Shown here piece after piece: positions 48,153-60,004 of a DNA stretch of 64,000 bases (the first letter of the stretch is position 1; every line of letters begins with the position of its first letter). This DNA is from Azolla caroliniana. Its lineage: Eukaryota; Plantae; Polypodiophyta. The notes beneath the pieces were generated by a model. That model was not told the origin of the DNA. It searched no databases and worked only from the letters and a program-made list of their open reading frames with translations. The stretch lies in assembly GCA_043228905.1 (NCBI GenBank), contig JBHGNT010000004.1, positions 17,112,001 through 17,176,000 of the forward strand. Reading direction: 5' to 3'. Both the position numbers and the translations under genes were made by a program.

Positions 48153-51002
48153 CGATACAGAGCATGTCTCTGTTGTAACCGCCGCCAAGCGAAGATCGTG
48201 AGCAGGAGGTCATTGCCTCTGTGCTCCCTGTTGTACTCATTGACATAGTGATAGTTCAGAGTCCGTGGACTCCCGTGGTTTTTTCCCTCTCGGGGGTTTT
48301 CCACGTTAATATCCTGTGTATTCTCTTTTCTTTTCGTGTACTTACTTCCATTCCATTTCTTCTGTGTTCGATTGTCATCAAGTGATCTAGGCTTCGGTTG
48401 TGGCCAGAGATTATTCCACATATTTCCTGTCAAAGTGGTATCAGAGCGAAACGACACAGAAAATGGACGATTTGTTGGGAGGCATGTTCAAGCTCACCGG
48501 CTCCAATGACTCAGTGTGGAAGTCGAAGATGAGGGACATGCTCGTGGTTAAAGATCTTTGGTTGCCGGTTTAGTTCAGGGACAAGAGACCAGACAAAATC
48601 GATGCCACGATATGGGAGGTGATGCACATGAAGACAACGGCATACATACGGTGCTTCATCAACATGAGTCTATACAACAACTTCAATGAAGAGAGCAAGG
48701 CTCATGAGCTCTGGGAGAAGATCGGCAATATGTTTCAGAACAAAAATGATGTTAATCAGGTTTCCGTATTTCAGAAGCTAGTAAGACTCCGGTACCAAGA
48801 TGGCTCCAACATGGCAGAGCACATGAATGCCTTCCAGGGGCTGATCCACCAGGAAACCTCATTGGAAGTACCTCTTGCCGATGAGGTACTAGCACTACTC
48901 CTGCTCGGTTCCCTCCCAGATAGTTGGGAGACATTGGTTGTCACTTTGGGCAACACCGGGCCGGAAGGGAAACGGTTATCCCTAGCAAGAGTGAAGTCGA
49001 GCTTGATAGATGAGGAGGCACGTCGGAAAGACAAGGATATGAGCTTCGACTCCAAAGCGCTCCTTACCGAATCGGAACGCGGAAGACAAAGGAACCGTAG
49101 TCCCCAGAACCGGGAAAAGTCGGGGACACGGTCAAAGTCAAGGGGGAGGCCTACTTGCTTCTATTGCGGCAAGCCGAGACACTTCCAGAAGAATTGTCGG
49201 CACTTCTGAAAAGACAAGGAAACCGACGGTACCGATTCGAAGCGGACACCGGATCGGAATGGTAAAGACCGGAGGGGACCGGACCAGAAGGGAACGACGG
49301 CAATCGCGGCAAGTGAAGAAGAGTTGATGCTCATAACCAAGGAGAGTGAGTTGAACCTTGCCAGTGACGAGACAACGTGGGTTGTTGATTCTGGAGCATC
49401 GTTCCACCTTACCCCGGACCGAAAATACTTCTCATCCTACACAGCTGGTGATCACTGTTGTGTCCGGATGGGCAATGAAGGTACATGCTGAATTGTCGAC
49501 ATAGGAGACGTGTGGTTGACAACACCAACCGAATGCAAGCTGCTGCTGAAGGATGTCCGACACGTTCCGGAGGTTCGACTGAACCTGATATCAGCCGGTC
49601 GGCTAGATGATGAAGGCTACATGGGTAGCATTCGGAACGGAGTCATAAAATTCAGCAAAGGGAGCCTCATAGTGGCTCGGGCCCAGAAGGTCAACACGAT
49701 GTACCTGATGAATGCCCGGTTATGCCCAGAAGAAGTGAACGTGGCTTCCGACACTGCCTGTGAGCTGTGGCACAAGAGACTGTGTCACATGAGCGTGAAG
49801 GGGATGAAGAGGCTTGCCGATGACAACCTCATTCCGGTGAAGAACGTGCATCTTGAGAGGTGCACCGATTGCCTAGCTGGTAAACAAAACCGGACCTCCT
49901 TCCATTCAAGGCCACCGATGAGACGTAATGCACCATTGGAGTTGGTGCACACCGATGTGTGTCAAGTGGACACGAAGTCCCATGCTGGAGCGAAATACTT
50001 CGTGACGTTCATAGATGACCACAACAGGAGGCTGTGGGCCACACCGTTGAAGACGAAGGATCAGGTGTTATTCGTCTTCAAGGAGCTCCACGCAAGAGTG
50101 GAAAGAGAAACCAGACGGAAGCTGAAGGCGGTTCGAGCAGATAACGGAGGGGAATACTGGGGGCAGTTCGAGGAGTGAAGGCCCCCCCGGAGATTTCCGG
50201 ATGCAGAGCATGTGCTGCTGACCGATGAGGGGGAGCCGGAAAGCTTTGAAGAAGCAAAGGATGACACCCATAGCCGCAAGTGGTTGAGTGCCATGCAGGA
50301 CGAGATGGATTCCCTACATGAGAACCACACGTATGAATTGGTGGAGTTTCCGAAAGGAAAGAGGGCACTTCGAAGCAAGTGGGTGTACAAGTTGAAACCG
50401 GGAGATGTCGGCAACCCTCCAAGGTACAAAGCCAGGATCGTGGTGAAGGGGTTCCAACAGAAGAAGGGCGTGGACTTCGACGAGATATTTGCCCCGGTAA
50501 TAAAGATGACTTCCATCCAAACGGTGCTGAGCATAGTGGCAAGCATGGACCCCAAGGTAGAGCAGTGAGACGTGAAGACGGCGTTCCTCCACGACCACCT
50601 TGAAGAGGAGATCTACATGCAGCAACCAGAGGGAATTGTGAAGAAAGGGAAGGAGCACCTGGTTTGCCGGTTAAAAAAGAGCCTCTACGGGTTGAAGCAG
50701 GCTCCCCGGCAATGGTACCGGAAGTTCGACTCCGTCATGACCGATCAAGGGTACCACAAGACGCAGGCTGATCACTGCGTATTTGTGAAGAAGTTCGAAG
50801 GTGGAGACTTCCTAATACTCCTCTTGTACATGGACGACATGTTGATCGTCGGATGAGACCAAGTCAAGATACGGATGCTGAAGAAGGCCCTGAACTGGAC
50901 CTTCTCAATGAAAGACTTGGGTCCGACAAGACAGATGTTGGGGATGCATATCATCCGGGACCGGCCAACGAAGCAATTGTGGTTGTCACAGGAGAAGTAC
51001 GT

Positions 51003-51531
51003 TGTCGCATTGTTACGCGCGTGCGTGTAGAAGGGGCGGGACCGGGGGGGTCTTGGACTAGGGAGTAGAGGAGAAAGGTTAAGACAACGAATGGAAGGTT
51101 AGCTCATAGCTCAAGAGGAGAAGAGAACGAATATGACATTATGATAGAAGAAGAAGAAGAAGATGAAGATGAAGAATATGGAGTCAAGATACTCAACAAG
51201 AAGTTCTATTAAGAAAACATAAACGCTTTACAATGGTGGCCACCATGGCCGCACCAAACGACTATAAGAAAACCCTAAAGGAAAACCCAAGAAGAAAACC
51301 CTAACCGAAACCCTAAAACAGAATAGGAAACCCTCGACCTAAGTGGTATGCCTCTCTCCCTCAAAATAGGCAGCCCCTCATAAGTGACCCCTCCCTTCCT
51401 TTTATAGCCCAAGGAAGGGGGGACCTTACAATGTGGGATAAAATTTCCTAGTATACACGTGCACATGTTGCACACCACCGATTTCCCCATTCCACCCCGG
51501 TTTCACACTATAGCCGGAAATCTTCACGACA
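51003..51531 (-). mobile_element. Solo LTR (529 bp) related to element I, flanked by ACGT on both sides
   Basis: Minus strand starts TGTCGTGAAGA and ends CACGCACGCGCGTAACAATGCGACA, like the I LTR termini, but the interior is divergent. ACGT at 50999-51002 and 51532-51535. Confidence 0.88.
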
Positions 51532-52224
51532 ACGTTGTCGTGAAGAAAACCGTCCCTTAGCGCAATCGGTGCATAGAGCGCGTGAACCGGCTCTTCACAC
51601 GTGCGCGCCCTTAATGTATATAGTAGGGAATTAGGTACATAGGTATATCCTGGGTAGTTAGATTCGGTAGGTAGGAAGTAAATGAGGGAGACGGCTCCCT
51701 TCTTGACGCTATAAAGGAGAGGGAGACGCAGGGAGAAGGGATCGCGCATTGAGGAGGACGAAGTGCTGTCAGACTGTAACCGAACGCTTCTCCTCTGTGC
51801 TCTGTTGCTCTTCTTTGCAGGTTTTCGGGAGGCTCGCGCTGCTTCGAGGAACGCCCGTGTGCTTCCGGCAGCACCTCCATCCTACCCCCTTTCGTGTGCA
51901 GACAAATAAGCATCGGCATCTGTTCGCCGGCCTGTTCGGTTGTAACCGCTCGCGTGCTCTGTTGTTTTTGGTGTCATCTGTTAATATACAAACATTCGTG
52001 TTTCTCTGTCTCTGTGCCCATTCGTGTTTTCTGCGCTGACGGGCCGTGCCCCTGTGTTTCTTTGCTCATACATAACCGGTCGTCTCTCTCTTTCTCTTTC
52101 CCCTCCTATCACCTGCTCTTCGGTTCGAGACCCCGGTGGTCCCGCCTCGTTTCTCCACGCACGCGCGTAGCAACGCGACATATTTGGTGAACCCGACGTG
52201 AAACAGGCGGCAGAGGAGCAGAAG

Positions 52225-54351
52225 ATGAGGGGGTCAGATCTTGCAGAGGCCATGGCTTCGGCCGTGGACTGGATAGTGAGCGCGCGCGAGGGCACCGGCG
52301 CCCTTGACAGGGCTATTGAGGCGATCGTCGGTATGATCGGCCGGTTCAGTGGAAAGGATGCCACGAGTTATTTGGCGTCCTACCGGGCGGAGATGTTGAT
52401 GAGGGATATTCCGGAGGAGAGGCGTCTTGCCGGATTCCCTCGAGTGGCGATGCCGGGCATCCATGCGGAGGTGCTCGAGGTCCAGGCGGAGAGCCGGACC
52501 TGGGAGGAGTTCGAAGGACGGCTCCTGGAGAAATACGGGCTGGATGACACGCTTCGATTTTCGAAGCGGGGCTTCATGGAGTGGGTGGAGTCCCCAGACA
52601 AAGGAAGAAATGCATCGGCACTCCTCCGGGAGTTTGAGGATCGCTTTGCGCGCCTTTTGGCGCTCGATCGGACCGTTCTGGAGACAAGTCGTGTCCTACT
52701 GTTTGTCAAATCGGTTGACGCACGGGATCGAGAGCAAGTGGGCTCCTTACTGGAAACCGAAGACGGGCTGACGGCCAACTGAGCTGCGGTAAAAAGAGTC
52801 TGCAGTCGTTTTGACAAATGGTGGGAGTGGGCTGATACAGGGGCGACCGGGGCGGTTCCTGTTGTAGCAAGGAATCTCGAACCGATACCGCAGGCGCGAC
52901 GGGAAGAGACCCGGGAGTGGCTCGAAACCGGTTCGGCTTCGACCGGCGTGGTCAGAGGCTCGTCCGGGGGGACAACTTTGGAGGAGTTGACACGGGCGGT
53001 AAAGGATCTCCAGATCGCCCAGGATCGGAGGGAAGGTGGCGAACAGGCTCGTGACCGACGGCCTCCGGCAGGAAATAGGTGCATGTGGTGCGACGAGGTC
53101 GGCCACATCCGGAAAGACTGTGGAGACTTTGCGGAAGCTTTGAGAAGCCGGGTAGTGTACCTGTGGGAGGGTCGGGTGCACGCCAGCGATACCCGGAGAG
53201 CGCTGAACCGAAACGACGGGTGAGGAGGAATGAAAAGGCTGATGGAAGAGGCGGCGGCCCGGCACGCGGAGACCGTCCACTACTCAGCATCGGCCGGTAT
53301 TCGGGTCAGAGGCAGCGAGGCCCGGAAGGAGATCAAAGCCGGGTTCTGGCCGACGGTGCTGGAAGGCCTCGCCGGTGCCCGACTAAAGAAAGACGAGGCG
53401 GACCGCGCGAAGAAGCGGGTCTAGGGGGTAATCGGGTGGAGTGACCCGGTCGAAGAAAAGACGGGTTTCGTAGAAGCAGCTTGCCAAAACTACGAGGCTC
53501 TGGTTGAAGACAAACGGGTAGGTAAAACCGGAGGGGCCGGACCCTCACAAAGATACGAAACCCGATTCGGGCCGAAACGGAACGAGGCCGGTGATTCCAG
53601 TGCCTAGGGTAACCACAAGAAGGGCGGATACCGTTTGGGCACGGAGATCGAAAGGACCACGGACCTACGAAAGGTCCTGGAAGAACGAATCCTCGACAGC
53701 AAGGTGGAACTGTCATTGCGGGAGGTGCTCGGAATTGCCAAGAAGGAGTTCCACGACTCCATCGTAGACTTGGTGAAGAGGAAGAGGCCGTCGACGGAGG
53801 CAGAACCGGAAAGGCCGGTGGAGGTGCGGACGACGCACATAGAGGACATGGCGCTGGAAGACGAGTGGGCGGAGAGCCACTATTCGAGGCCACACTGGGC
53901 CCGAGCGACCACGGAAACCCCGGTGAAGATCAGAGATGTTCAGGAACCGGTGGTGGCGCTGGTGGACCACAGTTCAGAAATAAACCTGATGTCCATGGAC
54001 TTCTACAAGAAGGGGAAATGGCCGATCAACACCAAGCACGGGTGGAAGATACGGGCGGTGACGCGCGCCACCGAGGAACTACACGGGCCCTGCCCAAACG
54101 TGCGAGTCAAGATCGGCGACGTCGAGATAGACCAGCACTTCTTTGTGCAGGAGACGTCCTCGCACCCGGTCATACTGGGAGAACTGTAAATTACAGCAGC
54201 GCGGATGGAGACCAAGGTGCTAGACAACGGGTCGGCTTACGCGAGGGTCAACAGTCAGGACGGGCGTCATTCGGTCCAGTTCCTGACGGTGCGACCGAAC
54301 CACGAGCGAAACTGCGAGTCCCTCGGTGGCGAGAACCGAGAGGATTTTTAG
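52225..54351 (+). pseudogene. Element I gag-protease ORF (several nonsense mutations)
   Basis: One frame from 52225 with knuckle CMWCDEVGHIRKDC and protease ALVDHSSEINLM..VILG, ending GAT TTT TAG. Confidence 0.85.
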
Positions 54352-57300
54352 AGAGGGTTGTCAAGGCGTGGGGCCGCGACAGTCCGGACACTCCGGGAAA
54401 ACCCCACAAATGTACGATAGAGGTGAAACCGAAGAAACCTTGTACCATAAGTAGGAAGTTTTGTTTCTCCGACAACGGAGGGTGTACGATAGTCGGCGTC
54501 GTAGGCCGAGAAAAGACAAGGGCGGAAGAGCGACTTCAGGCGTGCGGATTCTCGGGCCCAGCGAGGAAATCAACGGAGCCGTGGAGGCGGTCTCCTTTGA
54601 CGATACCTTGGGAATACTGCGAGAGGTGGTCGAAGAGGGCCTTAAAGAGGACCGGACGATACCGGTTTGTTCAGAAGAGATGTATGAAGTCATCGCGGAC
54701 TTCAGTCGAGGGCTCGAGTTGGATCGGACGGCCCGGGTTAACATGAAGTACAAGACTGTGGACCGGAAGGTAAGGCTAGTCGCGGCACCCTTACCAGAGG
54801 GCAGCGAGTTGCGAATCAAGGGGGTCGCATCAGACCCCAGTTTACGTGATCCGGCCTGCATAGGACACACCTTCACCGATAGAATGCTACGAGAGCTCAA
54901 AATCGATGGGGGCGGGTTCCTACTGCGGGCGGAAGAAGACCGGTTTCGGAGAATGCTCAGAAGGCACGGGAAAGCCTTCGCATTCTCACCGGGAGAGATC
55001 GGGTGCGTAGACCCGACAGTCGTGAAGCCGATGGTGATATTCACGGTACCGCATGTGCCGTGGAATCTCAAACCAATTCCGGTACCGAGAGCTCACATCC
55101 CGGAGCTGATGGAGCTGTTGAGGCAGAAAGTTGATATGGGCATCCTCGAACCGTCGAGTGCCCCGTACTCGAACCGGTGGTTTATTGTACCGAAGAAGAA
55201 CGAGACGTTGCGCTTCATTCAAGACCTGCAACCGGTCAACAGAGTGACCATTCAGAACGCAGGAATCGGACCAACGATAGACGAGTTCGCAGAGGCCTTC
55301 GCCGGAAGGTCGATCTACTCGGTCGGTGATCTGTACTCGGGGTACGATCAGTTCCAACTAGCCGTAGAGAGCAGAGACATTACGACGATGCAGACTCCTC
55401 TCGGCCTAGTGCGGATGTGTACCCTGCCACAAGGAGGGACGAACTCGGTGGCCCACATGGTGAATGCGATGAACAAGGTGCTGAGGGATTGTATCCCGGA
55501 CATCACCATGCCATTCTTGGACGACATCCTGATCAAGGGATGTCCGGTGGAGGAAAAGGACGAAACGATTGGACCGGACGGATGCCGGAAATTCGTGGCG
55601 ACACACATTGACGACTACAAGAGGGTGCTGCAGAGGCTAGAGGACGCGAGGCTCACCTTCTCCTGGGAGAAATCAGCCTTCGGGCAATCAGAGATCATGG
55701 TCGTCGGACATCTATGCGGACCGTATGGCCGAAAACCGTCTCCGGCTAAGGTGGAAGCCATCTCCGCAATGAAGCCCGACTGTAACTCGGTCACGGAGGT
55801 ACGGAGGTTCTTGGGAGCATGCGCGTTCTACCACATATGGATCCCGCATTACACCCACGTTGCCGAGCCACTATACGGGTTGCTGAAAAAGGGGCGAAAA
55901 TTTGAGTGGCGAGACGAGCATACGGAGTCGGTCCGAAAGATGAAGGAGGCTCTTGCTGCAGCTCCGGGACTCCGGAAGGCTGTCTACGAGAAAGGCACTC
56001 CCGTCTACATAACGGTAGATACGAGTCCAACCGGGATCGGATGGGTTGTCAACCAAGAAGATGAGGACGGCATTCGGTTCCCAATCCGGTTCGGTGCGAA
56101 GGTCCTCAGCGAGCGACAGCGAGGATACGCCCAGGTTAAATGCAAACTCTGGGGTATCGTTTCGGCAGTGAAGGCCGATAAAGACTATCTGATCGGGACA
56201 GAGGTGATTATCGAGACGGACTGCCTGCCGATTCTCGGCATGGTTTCCGGATGCACAACCCCGGACCTGGCAATGCTCAGGTGGATAGCGTACATCAAGT
56301 CCCTGGATCCAGAAATACGACACATTTCCGGGAAAGACAATGCCATGGCCGACATGCTTTCGAGGGCGCGATTCGACGACGGGGACGGCATGGTTTCGGA
56401 GGACGAGGAAGTCGGCGTGGACTTCTTCGAGGCGGCTTACGTAACAACCAAGGGGGGGAGAACTCCGGCACTTAACGATTTTAACGAGAGCAAGTACGAT
56501 GGGGAGTGGCTGCAGATTGGAGGATTCTTAAGGACGATGACGTCGGACGCGTCATGGACAAAGGAGGAGGCCAACCGGATCCGGAAGAAAGCGTACCGAT
56601 TCTTTATCCGGGACGGATACTTGTGGAAGCACCCGAAGAAGAGAAACGGCATCCCGCTCCGAGTAGTGGCGATGAAGGAGGAACAGGAGGAGTTACTGAA
56701 GGCCTACCATGACAGCCCCTGGGCTGGACACCGTGGAACATGGGCCACGTTCGAGAAACTAAAGGGGAAGTACTGGTGGTCGGGACTGTACCGGGACGTG
56801 CATCGGTTCGTGACGACTTGTGAGAGCTGCCAAATACACTCCATAGTCCAACATCAGGACGAGCTTCACCCTACATACCCTCCGGCCATCCACTTCAAAT
56901 GGATGGTAGATTTGGTGACGATGCCGATGGGCGTAGGGCAGATGCGATATCTGGTGCTGGCCCGGGAGGACCTGACGAAGCAGGTGGAAGGTCGAACCCT
57001 GCAGAGCAAAACGACCGCGGCCGTGTGTCTGTTCCTGATCGAGGATGTGATATGCCGGTACGGGTGCGCCGGGAAGATCGTGGCTGACCACGGGGAGTTG
57101 GACGCCGAAGAGGCCGAGGAGCTGTTCGACCGGTTAGGGGTCAAGCTCTCGCTCACCACAGCGTACAATCCGGAGGTGAACGGGAAGGTGGAGCGCGGAC
57201 ACGAACGGATCGTCAAAGCGTTAGTCCGGGCATGCGGAGGCCAGGTCGAGAACTGGCCACGACTGTTACCTTATGCCTTGTGGGCGGACAGGACAACACA

Positions 57301-57808
57301 CAGTTCGGTAACCGGGTTCATGCCGTCAGAGCTCATGTTCGGACAGAAGCCGATCATGCCGATGGAACGGACGATCTCCTCTTGGGCGACAGTGGACTGG
57401 AGAGACGAGATGAGTCGGGAAGAAATGCTAGTGGCGCGTATATGACAGCTTGAGCGGAGGCCAGAGGACATGGAACGAGCGGCGGAGAGACTTCGGACGG
57501 CGAGGCTGAAGAACAAAGCCCGGTTCGACCGAACGCACCGGCTCCGACCAATGAAAATCAAGGAAGGCGACTGGGTGCTAGTCTACGACAGCAGCCTCGA
57601 CAACCAGCACCGAGCAACACGGAAGTTTGCGAAGCGGTGGTTCGGGCCTTACGTGGTGACGAGCGCCAACGACAACGGGACGTATCACCTGGCGGAACTC
57701 GACGGTACGAGGATAGCGACACCAGTAGCAGGGAAGCGGATCAAAGCGTTCAAGAAGCGCCACGACGGCGAGCCGGATCTAAGAGGCCTGGACAGCGACA
57801 ACGAATAG
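54349..57808 (+). pseudogene. Element I RT-RNase H-integrase ORF
   Basis: 994-aa ORF 54461-57445 (DLYSGYDQ, LPQG, FLDD, VDTSPTGIG, HDSPWAGH..CESC, WFGPY) plus 57470-57808 beyond a TGA. No chromodomain. Confidence 0.92.
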
Positions 57809-59684
57809 TCCGAAGCGGAGGACGAACCGATGGACGAAGAACCGGAACCCGGACCAGTTTTCTCCAACCAGAACCCAATTCTGGCGCATACCGGTGGATG
57901 CGCGGTTAGGTGGGGGCGGATGTCGTGAAGAAAACCGTCCCTTAGCGCAATCGGTGCATAGAGCGCGTGAACCGGCTCTTCACACGTGCGCGCCCTTAAT
58001 GTATATAGTAGGGAATTAGGTACATAGGTATATCCTGGGTAGTTAGATTCGGTAGGTAGGAAGTAAATGAGGGAGACGGCTCCCTTCTTGACGCTATAAA
58101 GGAGAGGGAGACGCAGGGAGAAGGGATCGCGCATTGAGGAGGACGAAGTGTTGTCGGACTGTAACCGAACGCTTCTCCTCTGTTCTCTGTTGCTCTTCTT
58201 TGCAGGTTTTCGGGAGGCTCGCGCTGCTTCGAGGAACGCCCGTGTGCTTCCGGCAGCACCTCCATCCGACCCCCTTTCGTGCGCAGACGAACAGGCATCG
58301 GCATCTGTTCACCGGCCTGTTCGGTTGTAACCGCTCGCGTGCTCTGTTGTTTTTGGTGTCATCTGTTAATATACAAACATTCGTGTTTCTCTGTTTCTGT
58401 GCCCATTCGTGTTTTCTGCACTGACGGGCCATGCCCCTGTGTTTCTTTGGTCATACGTAACCGGTCGTCTCTCTCTTTCTCTTTCCCCTCCTATCACCTG
58501 CTCTTCGGTTCGAGATCCTGGTGGTCCCGCCTCGTTTCTCCACGCACGCGCGTAGCAACGCGACAACGTGAAGAAGGTGCTTCATCGGTCAACATGTCAA
58601 ATGCGAAACCGGTCAGATCAACTCTTTCGGCAAACTGCAGGTTATCCGGTAAGCAAAGCCCGAAGACGAAGGCAGAGAAGGCGGATATGATGAAGATACC
58701 ATATGCCTCTACCGTCGAGAGCCTAATGTACACAATGGTATGTACCCGACCGGATATCGGATATGCAGTCGGAGTGGTGAGCCGGTTTATGAGCAATCCC
58801 GGCAAGGAGCACTAGAATGTGGTAAAATGGATACTCCGATACTTGAAAGGCACCTCAAGTATGTGCCTCCGATTAAGCTCCGGTAAACCCCAACTTGGCG
58901 GTTTCACCGATTCGGATATGTCGACTGATGCGGATACCAGCCGGTCAACATCCGTATATGTCATGACATATGTGGGGGGAGTTGTTTCGTGGCAATTGAG
59001 GTTGTAGAAGACGGTTGCATTGTCAACCACGGAAGCGGAGTACATGGCGGTTGTGGAAGCCGGCAAGGAAATACTATGGATGAAGGACTTCATCGAAGAG
59101 CTAGGGATCCGACAAGAGGAATATCGGCTCTATTGCAACAGTCAAAGTGCGATCCACCTTGCGAAGAACGCAGCGTATCATTCCAGGACGAAGCACATCC
59201 AACGGAGGTACCACTGGATTCCGGAGCAAGTAGAAGACCGAGAGTTCGTGCTAACGAAGATCCACACTGAGGAGAACGGGTCGGATATGCTGACCAAGGT
59301 GTTGACGCCTGACAAGCTAGACGCATGCCGAAAGCGGATCGGATTGATGAGGCATCCCATGCCGGAGTGAAAGGGGAGTTTGTTAGGATCTCGGTCCCTC
59401 CGAATGGGATACGGAGTACCCGGCAATGGATGATGCAGACCCGGTGAGAACCGGATGACGAGTACCGGGCAAGGAAGACCCGGTGAGAACCAGATGTTAC
59501 AGGCCCGGTGAGAACCTCACACCGGATGAAGGGACATATATGTAGATATATTTCTAAGAGCCCATTCGGGCTATATCTGTAAATAGTCCTAATGTCATAT
59601 TAGTATAAATGTGACCTAGGGCAAACAGTGTTCGGATTGTTGCTATTATTATCTTCCTATAGTGTAATTTTGGTGGAACGATTG

Positions 59685-59722
<38 letters not shown>

Positions 59723-60004
59723 TACAGAGCATGTCTCTGTTGTAACCGCCGCCAAGCGAAGATCATGAGCAGGAGGTCGTTGCCTCTGTGCTCCCTGTTG
59801 TACTCATTGACATAGTGATAGTTCGGAGTCCATGGACTCTCGTGGTTTTTCCCTCTCAGGGGTTTTTCACGTTAACATCCTGTGTATTCTCTTTTCTGTT
59901 CGTGTACTTACCTCCATTCCCATTTCTTTTGTGTTTGATTGTCATCAAGTGATCTACACTTCGGTTGTGGCCGGAGATTATTCCGCATATTTCCTGTCAC
60001 TTAC

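Larger units (their letters stand above)
51536..58565 (+). mobile_element. Element I: full-length non-chromovirus Ty3/gypsy. 645-bp LTRs 51536-52180 and 57921-58565; 4-bp TSD ACGT; tRNA-Trp PBS
   Basis: ACGT at 51532-51535 and 58566-58569. PBS TGGTGAACCCGACGTGAA at 52185-52202. PPT-like GGTTAGGTGGGGGCGGA before 57921. Confidence 0.95.
47742..59999 (+). mobile_element. Element H: Tnt1/Tork-like Ty1/copia (F family). LTRs 47742-48432 and 59381-59999; TSD CTTAC
   Basis: CTTAC at 47737-47741 and 60000-60004. PBS at 48436. Degenerate gag-pol 48463-59370 with an integrase deletion near 50176. RT interrupted at 51002. Confidence 0.95.

Noticed and set aside
51003-52180. One long 5' LTR, or a DNA transposon/MITE with ~55-bp terminal inverted repeats
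   Set aside because: The internal ACGT at 51532 with LTR starts on both sides, and the 645-bp match to the 3' LTR, show it is an inverted solo LTR plus the 5' LTR of element I.
52185-52202. tRNA genes at TGGT... sites
   Set aside because: Only 12-18-nt primer-binding complements; no cloverleaf is present.
52234-58432. Numerous overlapping and antisense ORFs in element I and other TEs
   Set aside because: Expected shadow ORFs of GC-rich coding sequence, with no independent motifs.
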